From Octopus bimaculoides (lineage: Eukaryota): DNA of 60,698 nucleotides. Of this stretch, positions 22,958 to 35,969 are shown piece after piece. The translations under genes and the position numbers were made by a program. How positions within the stretch are numbered: the first letter of the stretch is position 1; each line of letters begins with the position of its first letter. The notes beneath the pieces were generated by a model. That model had not been told where the DNA came from and ran no database searches. It was given only the letters and a program-made list of their open reading frames with translations. Location: NCBI RefSeq assembly GCF_001194135.2, contig NC_068981.1, positions 53,383,433-53,444,130 of the forward strand. The letters are read 5' to 3'.

Positions 22958-25299
22958 CTTGTATGTGTTGTTTGAAACACTGTAAGCTGCAGTAAAACCA
23001 CACATCCAAGTTAAGTTGGATGTGCAAATTAATATTCTTAACAAAGACTGCTTCCATTGCTAATAGTTGATAAATGTGAGTGTGTGTGTGTGTGTGTGTG
23101 TGTAGTTAGATCTGCATGGTTATGGTAAAAACACTTAGTTAGCCTCTAGCATAGACAAGGCGGTATAGATAACACAAAAGGAGAATAATCAAGTTTATTA
23201 ATCAGTGTATCCAGTACACTGCGTCCCATATCGAAATTAGAAATTCTGATCAGATGACAGCTACTATAGAGCTCCATTATCAAATAACAAAGGTTGCTTA
23301 TTAAATAATAAATAAGTCTATGAATAAACAGAATGGAATTGGTAGTTATGTACTACTACACATTTCAGAAGGAACATTTCAAAATGCATCTTGTGTAACT
23401 ATAAGGTACTACGTAATTATTCAGTATTCCTTCCCATCAGGTACTTGCTATATGTCAGAAATCATTTTGCTGTAACGAATTTGCATGGGTTTGGTGCTCC
23501 TTTAGAAAAACCTGTAGTACATAATTACCTATTCCTTTCAATGGCCCAGTGACTGACACTCAGTAGGATGTTATTTGCTCTTGAAATTCATATAAAGAAA
23601 TTCTCACATTTATTTACGCTGTCCCTTTTAGGAAATTCAGAATTATCAAATTGGGTGAGGAAATTGCAACTTTAAGAAAGTTTTAGCAACAAAACAGTTA
23701 TATTTACTGAGATTAGTAAATAAAGTTTTGTAGATAAACTAAATTTTGAGTCAGAGTTTTATCCTATGATTTGATCATAACAGTTCGGTTATTTGTCACA
23801 GATTATTAAGAAGGATTTATAGTATTTTTTTCTTTTTATATATGTTGGGGGTTAACCCATAGCTCTAGAATCAGATTAGTATCTTTCTTTTTGTTGCCTA
23901 AAATTTTCACTGGTTTTCTCAAAATGAAGTATTTTTTCAATTTATATCCATTTTCCACTTACAATCATATCTTAGTGTATCCATCCAAAAAATATAAGCA
24001 AGATTATAAACTGTTGTCCATTATTAGTATGAATAGATGGTTTTGTAAAAGAAAAAAATCAGTTTTGATCAATTTAGTGTTCAGATGAAAATTGTGAAAT
24101 ATCTTGAAATAGAAGAAATGACGTTACTGTCTCTTGGCTTTATACAACTTTTGGACATTTACCTACTATGGTTCATTCAAAACTTATATTTTGTTGAATT
24201 TCTTTTTCAACTATATCCCACCTCAATATTGTCAGTTATTATCTATATTAAAAAAAAAGTTGCTCTATATAAAGAGAGTTTGAGTTGAAAAGTGATAATA
24301 TGGCAGTTAGGAATTGAATATACAACAGAGGAACCAAACACAGCCAACATGGTTCAGTTTTGATATCTCTAAAACTGACTGTTGTGAGGGCATTAGTGGA
24401 AATCACTTTCAAAATAGTCAACAACTTTACAATAGAAACTTTTGAACTCATTAATAATGTTAGTTCTTATTGTCTTTTGTTTTGGTTGTATAGTTTTATA
24501 TTTTGAATCTGTTATAAAGATTTCATTGTTCTGCTTAGAATTTGTTTGTTATATGAGTTGTAAATCCTCTTTTTAACAAGAGAGAACTGAATTTATATTT
24601 GAAATTGAAAGAAAATTACTGGAGAAAATAAATTGGTGTATTTCAGTAAATTGCTTAAACTTGAATGAAATTTAAATAGACCAAGAGTCACTTTTAAAAA
24701 AATAAAATCATCCTGATAGCAATTCCATTCTTGTTGCTGGCAAATATGAACATTTTCCTTTTTTTTTCTTTTTTTTTCCAGATGAAAGATTTTCCATTCC
24801 TCTTTGAACCTGGCTTTGTAAATATGTACATTTTATTCTCAAAACATTATCAGTAAACAGGGAATCAGAGTAAGTTGGAAAAATACCTGTTATGTTCCCT
24901 TATTCCATTGAGTAACCCTTTACAAAATTCATTGAAGACTATCTAAACGAGTTTACAGACTTGTGCGTCTAAGTACAGTAGCATCAACAAGGGTTATTGT
25001 TGTGATAGCATCAGTGTGCAATTACTTTACAATATGTGATTTAAAAAAAAAATATAACTTTGTGTTATTGTCAAATCTTGAGATTTTATTAATTGTTTTT
25101 TGTTTGTTTTTATTTTTAAGATGATTGAGAAGGGAATGTTAAGTGTGTATATGCAAATGTGTGTGCAAGAAAAAGTGATGGAAAGAATATATGGTTCTAT
25201 TGATTGAATAAACAACTCAAAACACCTCAAATATCAACTGGCTTTGTTGTTCTCTATATTGTATGGTTTCATTATATTGTGTAATTTATGTATAGATAT

Positions 25300-26100
25300 T
25301 ATTACCACTGCAGCTAAATGTAGAAATGTAGATGTTGTATACCTGAACTTTTTAACAGCTTTCAATACTGTTGATTGTGGGATAAACAGACTATACAATT
25401 TGTATAGTGTGAGAAAATATGGAGAACGACCAAATGATTTCTTAAAACACAGAAAATGAGAAATTGCACCTAATCACTCTCTCTCACAAAGGCTGTCAAT
25501 CCCGAACAGCGTGCTCAAGAAAGCTTTTCGGGGACTGTTATTGTTTGGAGTAGCTCTAACAGATGTTATCCTCCGTTTTTAGTACAGCCACTCTGTCTAG
25601 TTATGCTGATGATACCAATATATCAGAAATAATCACGAGTTCGGATGAGATTGAAGACAATTTAATGCAGGCAAGATTCAAGTACTTCACTACCAACACC
25701 ACCACCACCTCCCCACTTATCACAACCTGGACATAGGAGGGACTACAATCCAATGGTCAAAAATACATCTCTGTACTCTAGGTGCACTACTGAGAGCATT
25801 TGAAACTTGTAACATTCTGGAATGAAGAAGGGAGAGAAATGCAGTCATCTACATCTGGAATATTCTGGAGAAATTAGCACCAACTTTGGTATTGAAAGCC
25901 CTACCAACCCTGAATTGATTATTGTTGCATAATACCCAAAATTCCATTCTTTCCTGAAAACAACTCCTGGATATTCTATTGTGTACAATCTTAGATGAAT
26001 GTGCACTGCAGTAACATATAACTCACTCATTACCATGTGTGAAGCTACAATAAGCTTCATAGCTATGTTTCAGTTTGAATGCAGCCAGGTAACTAAAACC
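25300..26100 (+). mobile_element. CR1-like LINE RT relic
   Basis: VDVVYLNFLTAFNTVDCGI (cf. VDVVYLDFAKAFDKVDHGI), YADDT at about 25603, C-terminal IYIWNILEKLAP-like segment; frameshifted. Confidence 0.75.
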
Positions 26101-27149
26101 ACAAGAAGAGTATTAGCATATATAATAATTGTATATGAGCTGATGGCAACATGGCATCATCTTTGACATATGGTGGTTCTATCCATATCCACAAAGACAC
26201 TTTTAGCACAATATAAAAGTTGTTTACCATTGCTCTCCTTCAGTTTTTTTCCTGCAGGCATAATTAAACAGTACCTTTTTATAGTTTGATAAACTGGGCT
26301 GTGTCTTAGCCACTGATATAACACAGTGCCATCAATAGGACATGAACCTCCAACAACAACTGGACATTTTTTACAGAAACCATTAAGCTATCCATGCTTT
26401 CAGTCCCTAACAGACTTTCATTTTATGTCTGCTAAATTTCAATCACAAGGCTTTGGTCAACTCAAGGTTGAGGCAGAAAATGTTTTTCAAGGTGTTGTAT
26501 AGTTGGACTGAGCCTTGCTACTTCCAACTAGGTATAGATGCAAATCTAACATAGATTTTCTTCTATATAAATCCTCTACAAGTTAAGCTCTTTAAAAATA
26601 TTACTGAAATTTGCTAAACCATTTAACTTGTTTTTGATAAGGCAATGCAATATTATTATCTTGATCACATACCATGACAAATAAAATATGATAATTAGGC
26701 TGAGATAGTATGAGGAAGTTAATTAAAAGAAAATTACTTTATGCTTTTATTGTTGTAAAAGAATTTCTAGCTATTTGAATGTCAATTCTATATTATAAAG
26801 TACATACAACTTCAAAATGCTAAATTGAAAATTATCCTTTTTGTGTGTGTATTTTCTCTTGTTATTTATTATATTTCTTCATTTAATTATAGGAATTTTT
26901 GTCTGCCAAGTAATGCATATCAAGAAATTACTTGTGATAATTAGCATTTGTAGTTATACTGTAATGAGAATTAGAACGTTAAATTATTTTCAACTTCCAT
27001 ATAAACTAATGGTTTTTAGTCTGTTCTTAATTCTAGCAATTCATAAATATTTTCAATTCACCTTACTCTTATTTTTTTATAGGCACAGTTAGGATTATAA
27101 TTGTGTTTGCGCAATTGTGTGATTCTAAGTTTTATCTTGGAATCTCATC

Positions 27150-27511
27150 GTGATGGCACCTTTGCCCAGCGTCGCCTTTCTGGCACTTGTGCCCGTGGCA
27201 TGTGTAAGGACTTTCGAGTGAGATCATTGGCAGTGCCCCTGGACTGGCTCTTGTGCAGGTGGCACGTAAAATACACCATTTTGAGTGTGGCCGTTGCCAG
27301 TACCACCTGACTGGCCTTCATGCTGGTGGCACGTAAAAGCACCCACTACACTCTCGGAGTGGTTGGCATTAGGAAGGGCATCCAGCTGTAGAAACTCTGC
27401 CAAATCAGATTGGAGCCTGGTGTAGCCATCTGGTTTCACCAGTCCTCAGTCAAATCGTCCAACCCATGCTAGCATGGAAAGCGGACGTTAAACGATGATG
27501 ATGATGATGAT
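27150..27511 (+). mobile_element. Young RTE 3' UTR/tail
   Basis: ggtggcacgtaaaa modules, ccatgctagcatgg at 27464-27477, (GAT)6 tail. Confidence 0.92.
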
Positions 27512-27565
27512 TCATTATCAGATTTCAAAAAGAATTTGAGATCTTTCAAGGCTTGAAATGTATTC

Positions 27566-28310
27566 ACATCATCATTATCATCATTTAGGGTCCATTGTCC
27601 ATGCTGGCATGGGTTGGAGGGTCTGACCAGGGCTGGAAGGCTGCACCAGACTCCAGTCTGATTTGGCATGGTTTCTATGGCTGGATGCCCTTTCTAACAC
27701 CAACCACTCTGAAAGTGCAATGGGTGCCATTTGCATGATACTGGTGGCTTGATAGGTCTTCTTCTCAAGCACAACATAATGCCAAAGGTCTTGGTTTTTG
27801 CCTCCATGAGGTCCAACACTTGAAAGGTGCTTTTTATGTGCCATCAGCGTGGGTACCAGTTACATGACCCCAGCATCAGCCACAACTAGGATTTCATTTG
27901 GCTTGACAAGTCTTCTCAAGCATAGCATATCACCAAAGGTCTCAGTCACTAATCATTGCCTCTGTGAGGCCCAAAGTTTTAAGATCATGCTTCACCACCT
28001 TATCCTATGTCTTCCTGGGTCTACCTCTACCACAGGTTCCCTCCACAGTTAGAGACTTGCACTTCTTTACACAGCTGTTATCGTTCATCCACATCACATG
28101 ACCATACTAGCGCAGTCTTCTCTTTTGCACACCACATCTGATGCCTCTTATGCCCAACTTTTCTCTGAAGATGCTAACACTGTCAAGCATGCACATTGAC
28201 ATTGCACATCCAGTGAAGCATACTGGCTTCATTTCTTTCAAGCCTATATATGTCCTTGGGTGTCACAGCCCATGTTTCACTGCCATGTAGCATAGCTGTT
28301 CACACACTTC
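27566..28310 (-). mobile_element. RTE LINE 3' fragment (RT C-terminus, UTR, tail)
   Basis: Colinear with 15921-16850; lies tail-to-tail with the 27150 copy. Confidence 0.9.
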
Positions 28311-28404
28311 TGATTAGTATAGAAGAGTATTTTCAAGATTTGAATATTATAAGGATTTTTCACTTTTATTGCTTTTTAAGAATTGCCAGCTGTACTTCTG
28401 TCGT

Positions 28405-28550
28405 TATCATCATCATCATCATCATCGTTTAACGTCCGCTTTCCATGCTAGCATGGGTTGGACGATTTGACTGAGGACTGGTGAAACCGGATGGCAACAC
28501 CAGGCTCCAGTCTGATTTGGCAGAGTTTCTACAGCTGGATGCCCTTCCTA
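28405..28550 (-). mobile_element. Young RTE 3' tail fragment
   Basis: Near-identical to 8341-8490. Confidence 0.92.
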
Positions 28551-30054
28551 GACCAATAAAATTTATTATTTGTACAATAATTATCTGTACAGTCATTTTA
28601 GTCGCATATNNNNNNNNNNNNNNNNNNNNNNNNNNNNNNNNNNNNNNNNNNNNNNNNNNNNNNNNNNNNNNNNNNNNNNNNNNNNNNNNNNNNNNNNNNN
28701 NNNNNNNNNNNNNNNNNNNNNNNNNNNNNNNNNNNNNNNNNNNNNNNNNNNNNNNNNNNNNNNNNNNNNNNNNNNNNNNNNNNNNNNNNNNNNNNNNNNN
28801 NNNNNNNNNNNNNNNNNNNNNNNNNNNNNNNNNNNNNNNNNNNNNNNATATCTGTGTGTGTGTATATATGTAGAATAGTTAAACCTCAGTGCCATGAAAA
28901 CTAGCAGTATTGTATAATTAACAAATTTCAGTTTATAGAGTTGCATTTAAGAACTTCAATAGTCCTGAGTCAGAATTCAAGCATCTGTACTGCAGCCTTT
29001 TTCTACAAATTGTGCCACTGCCATGCTTAAAAAATAATTTAAAAAATAGTGACTAGATATGACATCATTTCCTTGAAATTGTGTTTGAACTTGGTCTTTA
29101 TTCTCAGGAATACACCTGGAACCTATATTTTGGTAACTATATATTTGTAGCAAACAGTGAAAGTTGAGTCACATTGTTTCCCTATGACACTTAATGCTGT
29201 TAATTTGACAATGCTATCACTACTTACGTAACCATTCCTTCCAACATGTATCTTCATTCAATTAAGAGGCATTATTCTCAACCATTTGTTCATTCTTTCA
29301 AAAGCAAGTAAAAATTTTCCTATTTTGAAAACTACTGTCCAATTATCACAATATTCAGTACAGAACATGATTTTTAGTTACAACTTTCTCAAAAAATTTG
29401 AATCACCTACAGGCCCATATATCTATGATAATCTTATTTTACAACAACGTATTGAATGTAACTCTATCCTTCATTAAGAAAAATGTTCATTATAAAGCAA
29501 GTTGAGAAACCCTTAATTTATTCAAGGGAGACATATTTGCTAATTTTACCTAAGAGAGATATTTGCGATTATGTTCATAGACAAAGTAATGTGACATGAA
29601 TCAGTGAAAAATTATTTTTTTATCAAATTTTAAATGTTAGATCTTTTCACTCTTAGCTGAAAAACTGTTGAGAGATTGAAAGATTCTTTGGACAATACTT
29701 ATTTAAACCATTCTTAATTGGATACTCATGGATCACCAAAGCAACTAAAATACAGCCATCTGCAACTTTGCCAATTTGTGATTAGGCATTTGATTTGAAT
29801 TATCTCAATAGTTGTTGTTGCATACTGGAATGAAAATTAGAACTGATATACTAAAAACTGATAACACAAGACTAGTCAGCTCTGTTGTATCTGATGTTGA
29901 AGACAACTAACATGCTAAATCCTTATAACAGTTTTAAATAGAAAGTAGATGTACATTCTTTTTTATATTGAATCTCATGAACTGCTAATTCCTATTTTCC
30001 CACTGATAGTTGTGAAGTTAGGAAAAATTGTTGAATTACTGTTAGGATATGTTA

Positions 30055-30260
30055 AGGCAGTGAGCTGACAGAATCGTTAGCACACTGGAAAAAATGCTTG
30101 GCAGCATTTTGTCCATCTTCACATTTCGAGTTCAAATACCACCGATGTCAACTTTACCTTTCATCCTTTCAGAATTGATAAAATAAGTACCAGTTGGACA
30201 CTAGGGTTGATGTATCCCCCATCCCTAAAATTGCTGGCCTTTTGTCAAAATTTGAAACCA
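30055..30260 (+). mobile_element. tRNA-derived SINE (third family)
   Basis: ggcagtgagctgacagaatcgttagc...gagttcaaata...tttcatcctttc...gataaaataagtaccag; homologous to 38228-38400. Confidence 0.75.
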
Positions 30261-30489
30261 TTTTATTAGGGTATGTTCCATTTGGTATTACCAGATAGCC
30301 ATTGCTTACCTAGGGAAACTATAAGGTATGTGTTAAAAAATTTGTTTGCACTTTTACTTAATTCATGCATGAGGTGGGAGTGTTTTTTCTTAAAATTCCA
30401 TAAAAGAGATGTGTGCCACTAAAGTAGGATTTCATAGATATCATTACTATTAACACCTCCATTGCCTTGTTAAAACAGANNNNNNNNNN

Positions 30490-30539
<50 letters not shown>

Positions 30540-32218
30540 TAGATCCTGAGAGACACAAACATGGCTATTTATTGCATGTTGGCAAATACTTGCACAAACC
30601 ACTCTCTTTTCAACTACTGAAAACTGTTCCCCAGTTACCAAATTATTCTTCTCATCAAGTTTACAACTTTAGAGCAGCTACAATCAATGCAAGTACTATG
30701 AAAGGAAGGTCCAGTGAGATTGTTGAAATGCTAGATCAGAGGAGTATAGAAGTGTGCTGCTTGTGAAAGATAAGATGAATAGAAGCCTGAGCCTGACTTC
30801 TCACAAGCAAGAAACAAAGGCATAAATTTTGGAGGTAGGCAATAGTGATGGTGTCTATCTGTGAGTGTAATGCATATTTTTACAGAGAAATGGCAAGAGA
30901 TGATCACAGTAGTCAGAGTGTCCAATAGGACAATTAATTTTAGTCTAATACAACAGCAGCATTTATCTCTACATATGCTCCTCAGTTGGGACTGGTAGAT
31001 AAATAGGACTGATTTTACAAGGCCCTTTTACAGATTGTCTCAACAGGAATTTCATCATCATGGCTAGTAACTTCAACAGACATGTCAGGCAGCACTCTGA
31101 TGGATTTTGTGATGTACATGGAAGCGACAGTTTCAGTTTTAGAAATGAGGAAGGAACAAGGATGGTGGAGTTCTGTGATACAAATGGTGATCTGTAAAAC
31201 TAATTTCAGGAAATCAGCTAGCCGCCTGATTAAATATTAACCTGGTGGACTCAAACCAGATTTACTACATCCTCTCCAGAAAATGGGGGTACACAGATGG
31301 TTGTAAATGCAAAGTCTTTTCCTGGTGAAGACTATACAATCTTGTATAAGTGGCTTGTAACTTCAAACTTGGAACTAGGTGGATTAAGAGTCCTTCAGGA
31401 AAAGGAAGATACATAAACTTATAGATCTGTTGAACAATCAGAAATTTAGAGAAGTACTAGTTGAAGCATTTCACAAAAAGGAGGAAGAAATATAGATGTA
31501 AAGCATAGAGGGACAAACAGCATATAGGACCTAAAGCATACGGACTTAGGGTTCCAATGGGACAATCAAATGAAGACTGAAGATCAAACATGTAGCTGGT
31601 ACAAGCTTCTAACCAGACCAAAGTTGATGTGGTGGGTTGCACAGTGAAGTAGACAGAGTCATAAAGACTTAGGGACAGAACTGGAAGAACAGGGACAGCA
31701 AAGAATTATACCAGGTAGCAAGAAGCGAAGCTAGGTGAGAAACAGAAAGTAAGGGGTTTGCCAGTGTTCTACAGTGAGAGAACCAGGTGCATGAGGTGTT
31801 CCAGAATGCAAGGCAGTATCTCAGAGGAAATTGGGAAGTTGTAGAAGACAAGTGTGTGGAGATGGACTAGTGCATGCTTGAACTAATTATTTTGAAAGCA
31901 AAGAGGTATGGAAGTGCTACTATGAAAGGGGAATGCATGAGCAAAAGATAGTCTTCCCAACGTGGACCTGGCAGAGGGACCAGTTATTCTAGTCGAGTGT
32001 GTAAAAGATAAAGCAATATAGGATGTGAAGACAGGCAAAAATCCTGGACGATCTTAAAATATATAGTCAATCAGGAAGGTGACACATTGTGACTGCATAG
32101 CAGTAGGATAGTCAACTGTTACAAGAGTAAAAGAAACGTCTTAGAGAAAACTACAGCAGTAATCAAATTGTGGGATTAGGTCATGAAAGTTACAAAAAGT
32201 GTTATAGCTCAATCAATT

Positions 32219-32752
32219 CATCATCATCATTATTTGACGTTCATTTTCAATGCTGGCATGGATTGGATGGTTTGACATGAGCTGATAAGCCAGAGAGCTG
32301 CACCAGTCCCCAGTCGTCTGTCTTGGCAGGGTTTCTACAGCTGGATACCCTTCCTAATGCCAACCACTTTACAGAGTGTACTGGATGCTCTATTACGTGG
32401 TGCCGGCACATGTACTTTTCTACATGGTGCCAGCACACATTTTTTTTTATGTGGCACTGGCACAGGTGCTTTTTACGTGTCAGGAGTACAGATGCTTTTA
32501 CGTGACGCCGGCACGAGTGCCTAATTCTATTTAGCTTGTCTTCTCAAGCACAGCAAATTGCCAGGAGTCTCGGTCCCTTTACATCTCCTCAGTGAGGTTC
32601 AATATCTGAAGATCCATTCTCACCACTTCGCTTCATGTCTTCCTGGATCTACCCCTTCCGCAGTTTCCCTCCACAATTAGAGCTCGGTACTTCTTTATGT
32701 AGTTGTCCTCATCCATACGCATTACGCGAACATGCCAGTGTGGTCTCCTCTC
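32219..32752 (-). mobile_element. RTE 3' fragment nested in opposite orientation inside the long RTE
   Basis: Tail at 32219, UTR modules at 32390-32520, RT C-terminal sequence to about 32752; host peptide is contiguous across it. Confidence 0.85.
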
Positions 32753-33461
32753 TTAAGAAAGGAATTAGCTTCCGTGGAATACAGTTTTGTTTTGTTCCAG
32801 GAAGTATTATTGATGCTTTCTTCCCGGTAACGTAACTTCAAGAGAAATATTTAGGGAAAAGCAATCCGTTGGAATTCGCATTTACCAACCTAGAAAACGC
32901 CGGCAATGGAGTCCCTCTCTCTGTGACCTGGGGGTTGCTGTGACAGCCAGGAGTATACAAATGGTTTGAGTGAATCATATAGGCCATGTACACGGTTGCT
33001 GTTAGTAATGTGAGATTTAAAAACGAGTATAGCGACGAATTTAGAGTGCAGGTTCACCAGGACTTGGTTTTAGTTCCTTCCTATTCATTATAGTTCCCAG
33101 GCCATAACAGAGAAGTTAAAAGCCGGATGCCCTTGGGAGCTTATTTATATCTAGGAAGATCTTTAGAGTCTGTAGATAGTTTTTGTTACCTAGGTGACCT
33201 AATTAGCAGTAGAGGAGAATGACCAGAAAGAATAGTGGTGAGAATAGGAACAGGCTGGGGCAAGTTTAGATACCTATGACCTCTGTTGGTAACAAAAGAT
33301 TTCTCCGTCAAGAGAAAGTTGATAGCATGACACTTGTATTTCAACTGAAATGCTACATGATAGTGAGATGTGGGTGCTAAATGCAGAAGATTTGCAAATA
33401 CTAGAAAGAAATGACACTTTCATGTTCTAATGGATGTGCCTGAGCCACAAAGTACAAATAT

Positions 33462-33908
33462 GTTGAGAGGAAAGCTGGTCATAAGAGGAACCTGTTGGAA
33501 AAAAAACTGGTCATATGAGGAACCTGTTGAAAGAAAAACTGGTCATAAGAGGAATCAGTTGAGAGAAAACCTGTTCATAAGAGGAACCCGTTGAGAGAAA
33601 GATTGTTCATAAGAGGAACCAGTTGAGTGAAAAATTATCCGTTAAGAGGAACCTGTTGAAAGATAAACTGGTCATAAGAAGAACCCGTTGAGAGAAAAAG
33701 TGTTCATAAGAGGAACCCGTTGAGAGAAAACTGGTCATAAGAGGAACCCGTTGAGGGAAAAACTGGTCATAAGAGGAACCTGTTGAGGGAAAACTGGTCA
33801 TAAGAGGAACCTTCTGAGAGAAAAAACTGATCATAAGGGGAACCAGTTGAGGGAAGACTGGTCATAAGAGGACCCTGTTGAGAGAAAAACTGGTCATAAG
33901 AGGAACCA
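33462..33908. repeat. ~32-bp minisatellite x14 (GTTGAGAGAAAAACTGGTCATAAGAGGAACCN)
   Basis: 14 units counted directly. Confidence 0.97.
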
Positions 33909-35044
33909 GATGTAATAGCAAGGGAGACTGCAGGATTTCGGACATGTGATGTGTATTGATAAGGAATCTTAAAGTAGCGCTGATTGCTTAATATGGACGG
34001 AAAAGGAAAGCCTCCAGTGGAAGGTCCGTTTATACATACACACATACAGACATTATATATATATATGTATATTCATTTCTAAGGGTCGCGACTGAAACAC
34101 GTTTTCACCAACCGCGTCACGAATTTGTCCTCCTTTTGTTTAGACACTCCCTTAATTTCATACTATATGTCTTTGCCAACAACATGAAGGTAGATGAACA
34201 GTCTAAAATACTTTTGATCTGCTTCGGTTTTCCTTTCTATTTTAGCCTGTTCTTCTATTTTTTTGTTTATTCAAATCATGTCTTCCTCTTCGAGAAACAT
34301 TGTTATCACAGCAATGCGAAACGACTTTCCAGAAAGATCTGCTATAAATAACATCTCATTTTTTCACTGTTCAGTGAGTTCAATTATACTGTCTCTTCTA
34401 TTTACTTATACTATTTTCTTTCGTTAAATTGTATTTTTATTTTCCTACTTTGGTTGGTAATATAAAGACAGTACTTAATTTCCATAAAATCTACAAATTC
34501 ACAAAGGTTCGTAAAATACGAACTAAGCAAAACTGTAATATAGGTGTGAACTATCAATAGAATGGGAAACGTAACGATGGACTACCCATGGCTGCCGTCT
34601 GAGGAATAAACGTATGCTATTTATAAACAGTGCTCTGTGAACCATCGAGCTATAATCGTTCTTATCTTCACAACTGACTACCTAGCCGCATAACTTCACA
34701 CACGCGCACGTGCGCGTATATGTGTGTGTCTGTGCATACACACACACACACACACACAAACACACTGAGAATTTGTTTGGGGGTTTGAAAATTCACCTGA
34801 ATCTCAAAACGTGTAGTCATTAAAAAAATTTGTGATAGATTTATTCAAATACCAAACCGTTTTCAATAATTTTTTGCTTATTAGTGGTAAAAATAAATAA
34901 ATAAAGAGAGTTTAAAGTTACAAGGTAACATTGGGAAAAACGTGTTTAAACGATCAAATGTTCACAGAAATTTCAGTGAGTTTTACAGAGATAGACAGTA
35001 ATGTAAGTTTAAAATGTTTGATGAGGAATGATAAATATACATGA

Positions 35045-35895
35045 TTGAAAGTTCAGTCATATCAGCATATACCGAGTTTCATAAGAGATGACCAGATCTT
35101 TTTAAACCATACTCCAAGAAAAAACCAGCATGGACTCTCTTTTGGTTTCATTTGATGTAATAAACCTCTACACCTCGATTCCTCACGAATACGGAGTAGA
35201 AGCTATACAATTCTAACTCTGACCGAATTGGAAAAGGATTTATTATTGAGGGACTAAAATAACTGTTTTAATTCCAATGAAAATACCTACAGACAAAAAT
35301 CTGGGACTGCGATGAGAACGAGGCTAGCCCCTCACTTTAGCTAACCTTGTTATAGCATACTTAGAAGTTCAAATATACTAACACGCCAGACTGAAATTTG
35401 GCGACAACTTCCAAAAATATTTTCTTGCCAACTACAAATGTTACCCGAACGATTGTTTTATTCTGTGGTCACATAACCTTCATCAACTCTTGGAATTTAA
35501 AATATTAATTAGTAACATTAACCGCAATATCAAATTTACAATGGAATACAGTCACAAACAGCTACCCCTTCTGGACATTTTAATCATAAAAAGAGATACT
35601 AACATTGAAATCGACATCTACTTTAAACCAACAGACTCAAAAAAATATCTACTATTCTCTTCAACGAGCTTGACCTTGAAGGACAGACTGATGGTACACA
35701 GGCAACAGATTCGGGACCCCACGACCAAGAATATTTCTGTAAGTTAATACTTAGATCAATGCCCCGCCAACAAAATTCCGAAATACCAGAGTTTCCCTCT
35801 CTTATCAATGCATCAGAAACACTTCAACCCAATTCCGATTAAATAAGGAAAATATGTTTAGTAAAACATATAAACCACAATTAAATAACTTATAG
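35045..35895 (+). mobile_element. Penelope-like element (RT + GIY-YIG remnant), decayed and internally deleted
   Basis: SFDVINLYTSIPHEYGVEAI, GTAMRTRLAP, degenerate YPND (YxDD), NIKFTMEYS..LPLLDILI..IDIYFKPTDSKKYL, then a jump to EN-like TLKDRLMVHRQQIRDP and KENMFSKTYKPQLN. Confidence 0.88.
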
Positions 35896-35969
35896 TAACA
35901 GACCAGAAAGAGAAATTCCAATTTATTCACGAAAAGCGACCAGAGACAACATTGTGCGAAAGTAGATTT

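Larger units (their letters stand above)
30570..34030 (+). mobile_element. Long decayed RTE LINE (APE endonuclease + RT), interrupted at 32219-32752 and 33462-33908
   Basis: APE N-terminus FRAATINASTMKGRSSEIVEMLDQRSIEVCCL; RT motifs IQFCFVPG...LQEKYLG and SFCYLGDLIS; degenerate GRL..FGHVMCID after the minisatellite; many stops and frameshifts. Confidence 0.88.

Noticed and set aside
24338-24390. Small hairpin cagtttt/aaaactg (and gtccacta/tagtggac at about 54446) as ncRNA
   Set aside because: 7-8-bp stems are expected by chance in 60 kb of AT-rich DNA.
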